From positions 16,120,001 to 16,184,000 of the forward strand of contig NC_091289.1 in assembly GCF_032444005.1 (NCBI RefSeq): a stretch of DNA of 64,000 nt, written 5' to 3'. Within the stretch, counting starts at the first letter, position 1; the number at the start of each line of letters is the position of its first letter. This document shows positions 60,086-64,000 of this stretch, piece after piece. Position numbers and translations under genes: made by a program. This DNA comes from Ranitomeya imitator. Lineage: Eukaryota. The notes below the pieces were generated by a model. It searched no databases, was not told the origin of the DNA, and saw only the letters and a list, made by a program, of their open reading frames with translations.

Positions 60086-60263
60086 GGAGGCCTTACGCTG
60101 GACGCTGTTCACCATGCAGACCACCGGGCACGTCCTCCTGGGAACCTCATGTTATATGCAGCAGTTTCTGGAGCCCAATAACAAGACTGTACCCGAGGAA
60201 GAAAAACCATCGGCTGCTCTCAGAGACTTCCTCCCTTTCTACCCACGCCGGATGCTCCAGTAA
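60086..60263 (+). CDS. CIDEC: CIDEC last coding exon: EALRWTLFTMQTTGHVLLGTSCYMQQFLEPNNKTVPEEEKPSAALRDFLPFYPRRMLQ-stop
   Basis: Acceptor ctttttccatcacag; matches the human EAFRWALFSMQATGHVLLGTSCYLQQLL lipid-droplet helix; TAA at 60261-60263. Confidence 0.97.
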
Positions 60264-60965
60264 CACCCAATATAGACGAACCAGCGGTACTGGGCGTCCA
60301 AGCCCGGGAGAGACCCTGGACCCCCATAGCTTCACTTGGTGGATACAGCAGAGACGGTTTTATATTACTGCAGTGCTACAAAATACTGTTTCACAAAGTT
60401 TATAGGGAAACAGCAATACTGTGTAGACCTAAAGCTTTCACCTGTCGGGTAGGAAGGGGACGCAAAATGACATGCGGCCGAGCAGAGGCGACGAACGTTA
60501 CGTGGCCCCCCAGACTGAGGGATGGGACATCCTGCAATACTGAATACATTTTTTTTTTTCCCGAAAATCTGATTACTCCCACAAGCTGAGATGGGGATAA
60601 CTTTCGCCTCTGGCAGGATGTTACCATCCAAGTTTTACCTTTTTAGATCTGTCAAACTAGTTACACTGGATTTGGGGGGCATTGAAGCGGCAATAAGTAG
60701 TTCTCAACTCATTTTTTGCCTTATTAACTGTTTTACTAAAAAAAAAAAAAAAAAAAAAAATCTGATAATCGTCCTTAAATGGATTTTTTTCCCTTATAGA
60801 CTTGGGCGTCGGGTAGCACTGGGGGTCTTGAACACCATTTTACGCTAAGATGCAGGCACTTTATATATTTACTGTAAGTAGATAGAGGACATGTAATACT
60901 GACTGTTACCAATGTTATAAAGCTTATTTATGTAACTTCTGTTATAATAATAATTTAAAAAAATG

Positions 60966-60971
60966 AATAAA
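60966..60971 (+). promoter_or_regulatory. CIDEC: Candidate CIDEC polyadenylation signal
   Basis: Tandem AATAAA hexamers followed by GU/U-rich sequence. Confidence 0.6.
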
Positions 60972-61069
60972 ATAAAACACGTTATTTTATTGTGGATGTG
61001 TGTTTTTTCTCCTATGGTGGCGACATAAGGTGCATCCGAAGTGCAAGGTGGGTACTGTATTGGTTCATA

Positions 61070-62520
61070 ATGACAATGGGGTACTGTGGGGGCAGTGTGG
61101 GGGGGTCATAATGTATGAGAGGCATTAGGGGAGGTCATAATATATGGGAGGCACTGTGGGGGTGTCGTAATGTATGTGGGCACTGTTGGTTGGGTCATAA
61201 TGTATGGGAAGCACTGTGGGGGTGTCGTAATGTATGGGAGGCACAGTTATGTATGGGGCACTGTTGGTGTCGTAACATAAGGGGGGCACTGTGAGGGTTT
61301 GAAATATATGGGGGCATTGTAACGTGTGGGGGCACTGTTGGTGGGGTCAAAGTATGGGCGGCACAGTGAGGGGTCATAATGCATGAGGGGCACTGTGGGT
61401 GTTCGTAATATATGGGGAGCTCTGTGGGTGGTCGCAATGTAAAGGAAGCACTGTTGTGGCGTCGTATTATATGGTAGCACGGTGGGGGCATTGTAATCTT
61501 CGGGAGGCACTATGGGGGCTTTGTAATGTATGGGGGCACTGTTGGGGGGTCATAATGTATGGGTAGCATTGTGGGAGTGTCATAATGTAGTACTCGAGCG
61601 TGGGAAAATATTCTGAAAAGTTCCCAGGCTCGAGTTCATATGAGGACATCCAGCAGAGGGCGCATCACCGCAACTGAAGGTAACGACAGTACATTCCCCT
61701 GCTTTCCATTCATTCGCTGGGGTTTTACAGGCAGGAGCACAGCTGCATTAGCAGAGCTCCTGCTTGTAAAATTAGATAACCCCTTCAGATGGATTTACAG
61801 CGTGGGACGAGACTGATCTTCGGAAGGTATGGGATATTGTTTTTTTATTTTACCTTTTTTACAGAGCGAGGGTCTTCAGGTGGATTACCAGTATAATAAA
61901 CTATTCCAACAACCTGTGTATTTATTTCATTAATAGACTTTGTAATAATGTGTGCGTGTTTTTTAACCATTTCATACTATTGGATTAATAATGGAGAGGT
62001 GTCAATAATCGACACCTCTCCATTATTAATCGGGCTTAATGTCACCTTACAATAGCAAGGTGACATTAACCCTTCATTACCCCATATCCCACCTCTACAC
62101 GGGAATGGGAAGAGAGTGGCCAAGTGCCAGAATAGGCGCATCTTCCAGATGTGCCTTTTCTGGGGTGGCTGGCGGCAGATGTTTTTAGCCGGGGGGGAGG
62201 GGGGCAATAACCGTGGACCCTCTCTAGGCTATTAATATCTGCCCTCAGTCACTGGGTTTACCACTCTGGCGCCAATTTTTTCCGCGATTTAACCCTTTAA
62301 ATTAATAGCTAGAGCGCCCAAATTTTGCACATACACACTACTAACATTAGTAGTGTGGAATATGCAAAAAAAATGGGGATATGAGATGGTTTACTGTATG
62401 TAACCATGTCTCATCATGTCGGGTTTGGGAAGGAGATAGCAAAAGCCGGCAATTGAATTACCGGCTTTAAAGCTATCTAGCGCTGCATGCTATATTAATA
62501 TATATATATGTCTCACTGAC
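61070..62520. repeat. Degenerate GGGGCACTGTGGGGG-TCATAATGTAT repeats (61070-61590) followed by an unclassified interspersed repeat
   Basis: The short-period similarity is visible by eye; family not determined. Confidence 0.45.
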
Positions 62521-62525
62521 ATATA

Positions 62526-64000
62526 CAGTTAGGGCCAGAAATATTTGGACAGTGACACAAGTTTTGTTATTTTAGCTGTTTACAAAAACATGTTCAGAAA
62601 TACAATTATATATATAATATGGGCTGAAAGTGCACACTCCCAGCTGCAATATGATAGTTTCCACATCCAAATCGGAGAAAGGGTTTAGGAATCATAGCTC
62701 TGTAATGCATAGCGTCCTCTTTTTCAAGGGACCAAAAGTGATTGGACAATGGACTCTAAGGGCTGCAATTAACTCTGAAGGCGTCTCCCTCGTTAATCTG
62801 TAATCAATGAAGTAGTTAAAAGGTCAGGGGTGGATTCCAGGTGTGTGGTTTTGCATTTGGAAGCTGTTGCTGTGAGCAGACAACATGTGGTCAAAGGAAC
62901 TCTCAATTGAGGTGAAGCAGAACATCCTGAGGCTGAAAAAAAAGAAGAAATCCATCAGAGAGATAGCAGACATGCTTGGAGTAGCAAAATCAACAGTTGG
63001 GTACATTCTGAGAAAAAAGGAATTGACTGGTGAGCTTGGGAACTCAAAAAGGCCTGGGCGTCCACGGATGACAACAGTGGTGGATGATCGCCGCATACTT
63101 AATTTGGTGAAGAAGAACCCGTTCACAACATCAACTGAAGTCCAGAACACTCTCAGTGAAGTAGGTGTATCTGTCTCTAAGTCAACAGTAAAGAGAAGAC
63201 TCCATGACAGTAAATACAAAGGGTTCACATCTAGATGCAAACCATTCATCAATACCAAAAATAGACAGGCCAGAGTTAAATTTGCAGAAAAACACCTCAA
63301 GAAGCCAGCTCAGTTCTGGAAAAGTATTCTATGGAGAGATGAGACAAAGATCAACCTGTACCAGGATGATGGGAAGAAAAAAGTTTGGAGAAGAAAGGGA
63401 ACGGCACATGATCCAAGGCACACCACATCCTCTGTAAAACATGGTGGAGGCAACGTGATGGCATGGGCATGCATGGCTTTCAATGGCACTGGGTCACTTG
63501 TGTTTATTGATGACATAAGAGCAGACAAGAGTAGCCGGATGAATTCTGAAGTGTACCGGGATATACTTTCAGCCCAGATTCAGCCAAATGCTGCAAAGTT
63601 GATTGGACGGATAGTACAGATGGACAATGACCCCAAGCATACAGCCAAAGCTACCCAGGAGTTCATGAGTGCCAAAAAGTGGAACATTCTGCAATGGCCA
63701 AGTCAATCTCCAGATCTAAACCCAATTGAGCATGCATTTCACTTGCTGAAATCCAGACTTAAGACGGAAAGACCCACAAACAAGCAAGACCTGAAGGCTG
63801 CGGCTGTAAAGGCCTGGCAAAGCATTAAGGAGGAAACCCAGCGTTTGGTGATGTCCATGGGTTCCAGACTTAAGGCAGTGATTGCCTCCAAAGGATTTGC
63901 AACAAAATATTGAAAATAAAAATATTTTGTTTGGGTTATGTTTATTTGTCCAATTACTTTTGACCTCCTAAAATGTGGAGTGTTTGTAAAGAAATGTGTA
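62526..64000 (+). mobile_element. Tc1-like element, right end outside the window
   Basis: TA|CAGTTAGGGCCAGAAATATTTGGACA terminus. The inner repeat GGACCAAAAGTGATTGGACA near 62729 has an inverted match near 63945-63966, which implies long IR/DR-type TIRs. Confidence 0.93.
62885..63913 (+). CDS. Tc1 transposase, 342-aa uninterrupted ORF, DD34E
   Basis: HTH region, GRPR motif, WRDETK ... MDNDPKH ... PDLNPIE with 34 residues between the second D and the E. Confidence 0.93.
   Translation: MWSKELSIEVKQNILRLKKKKKSIREIADMLGVAKSTVGYILRKKELTGELGNSKRPGRPRMTTVVDDRRILNLVKKNPFTTSTEVQNTLSEVGVSVSKSTVKRRLHDSKYKGFTSRCKPFINTKNRQARVKFAEKHLKKPAQFWKSILWRDETKINLYQDDGKKKVWRRKGTAHDPRHTTSSVKHGGGNVMAWACMAFNGTGSLVFIDDIRADKSSRMNSEVYRDILSAQIQPNAAKLIGRIVQMDNDPKHTAKATQEFMSAKKWNILQWPSQSPDLNPIEHAFHLLKSRLKTERPTNKQDLKAAAVKAWQSIKEETQRLVMSMGSRLKAVIASKGFATKY

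Noticed and set aside
60230-60263. Possible frameshift or extension at the CIDEC C-terminus
   Set aside because: Re-reading against the ORF track gives CCT TTC TAC CCA CGC CGG ATG CTC CAG TAA; the frame is intact.

Overview
Repeat-rich vertebrate genomic DNA, most likely from a frog (inferred from the CR1, V-SINE, Tc1, hAT, Kolobok and Harbinger-type repeats plus the gene synteny). Three host genes can be reconstructed by hand from splice sites and phases. (1) JAGN1, minus strand, two coding exons (50598-50510, 49525-49063), 183 aa, intact, with a probable non-coding first exon near 51526-51600. (2) CIDEC/FSP27, plus strand, divergent from JAGN1, five coding exons (58002-60263, 236 aa), plus an in-frame 11-nt upstream coding exon (57785-57795) that adds 12 aa. 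(3) The 5' part of an IL-17 receptor gene, minus strand, probably IL17RE by synteny: signal-peptide exon 28679-28533, a 16-nt microexon 9131-9116, an exon at 5699-5553 and a less certain exon at 5201-5139; the gene runs off the left edge. The rest is mostly repeats: a young 5'-truncated CR1, a decayed RTE LINE, three Tc1 elements (one with an uninterrupted DD34E transposase ORF), non-autonomous Helitrons, V-SINEs, many MITEs and about ten tandem arrays. These arrays explain most long ORFs in the supplied track. Most unusual observations: a 2.4-kb 31-bp minisatellite whose unit is the CR1 reverse-transcriptase [10 protein letters not shown] motif; a fold-back Helitron with two 3' ends; a fourfold in-frame tandem duplication of the JAGN1 stop codon; and two competing phase-compatible exon chains between JAGN1 and the IL17R gene that may be an unannotated gene. 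No database search was run; family names come from motif recognition.
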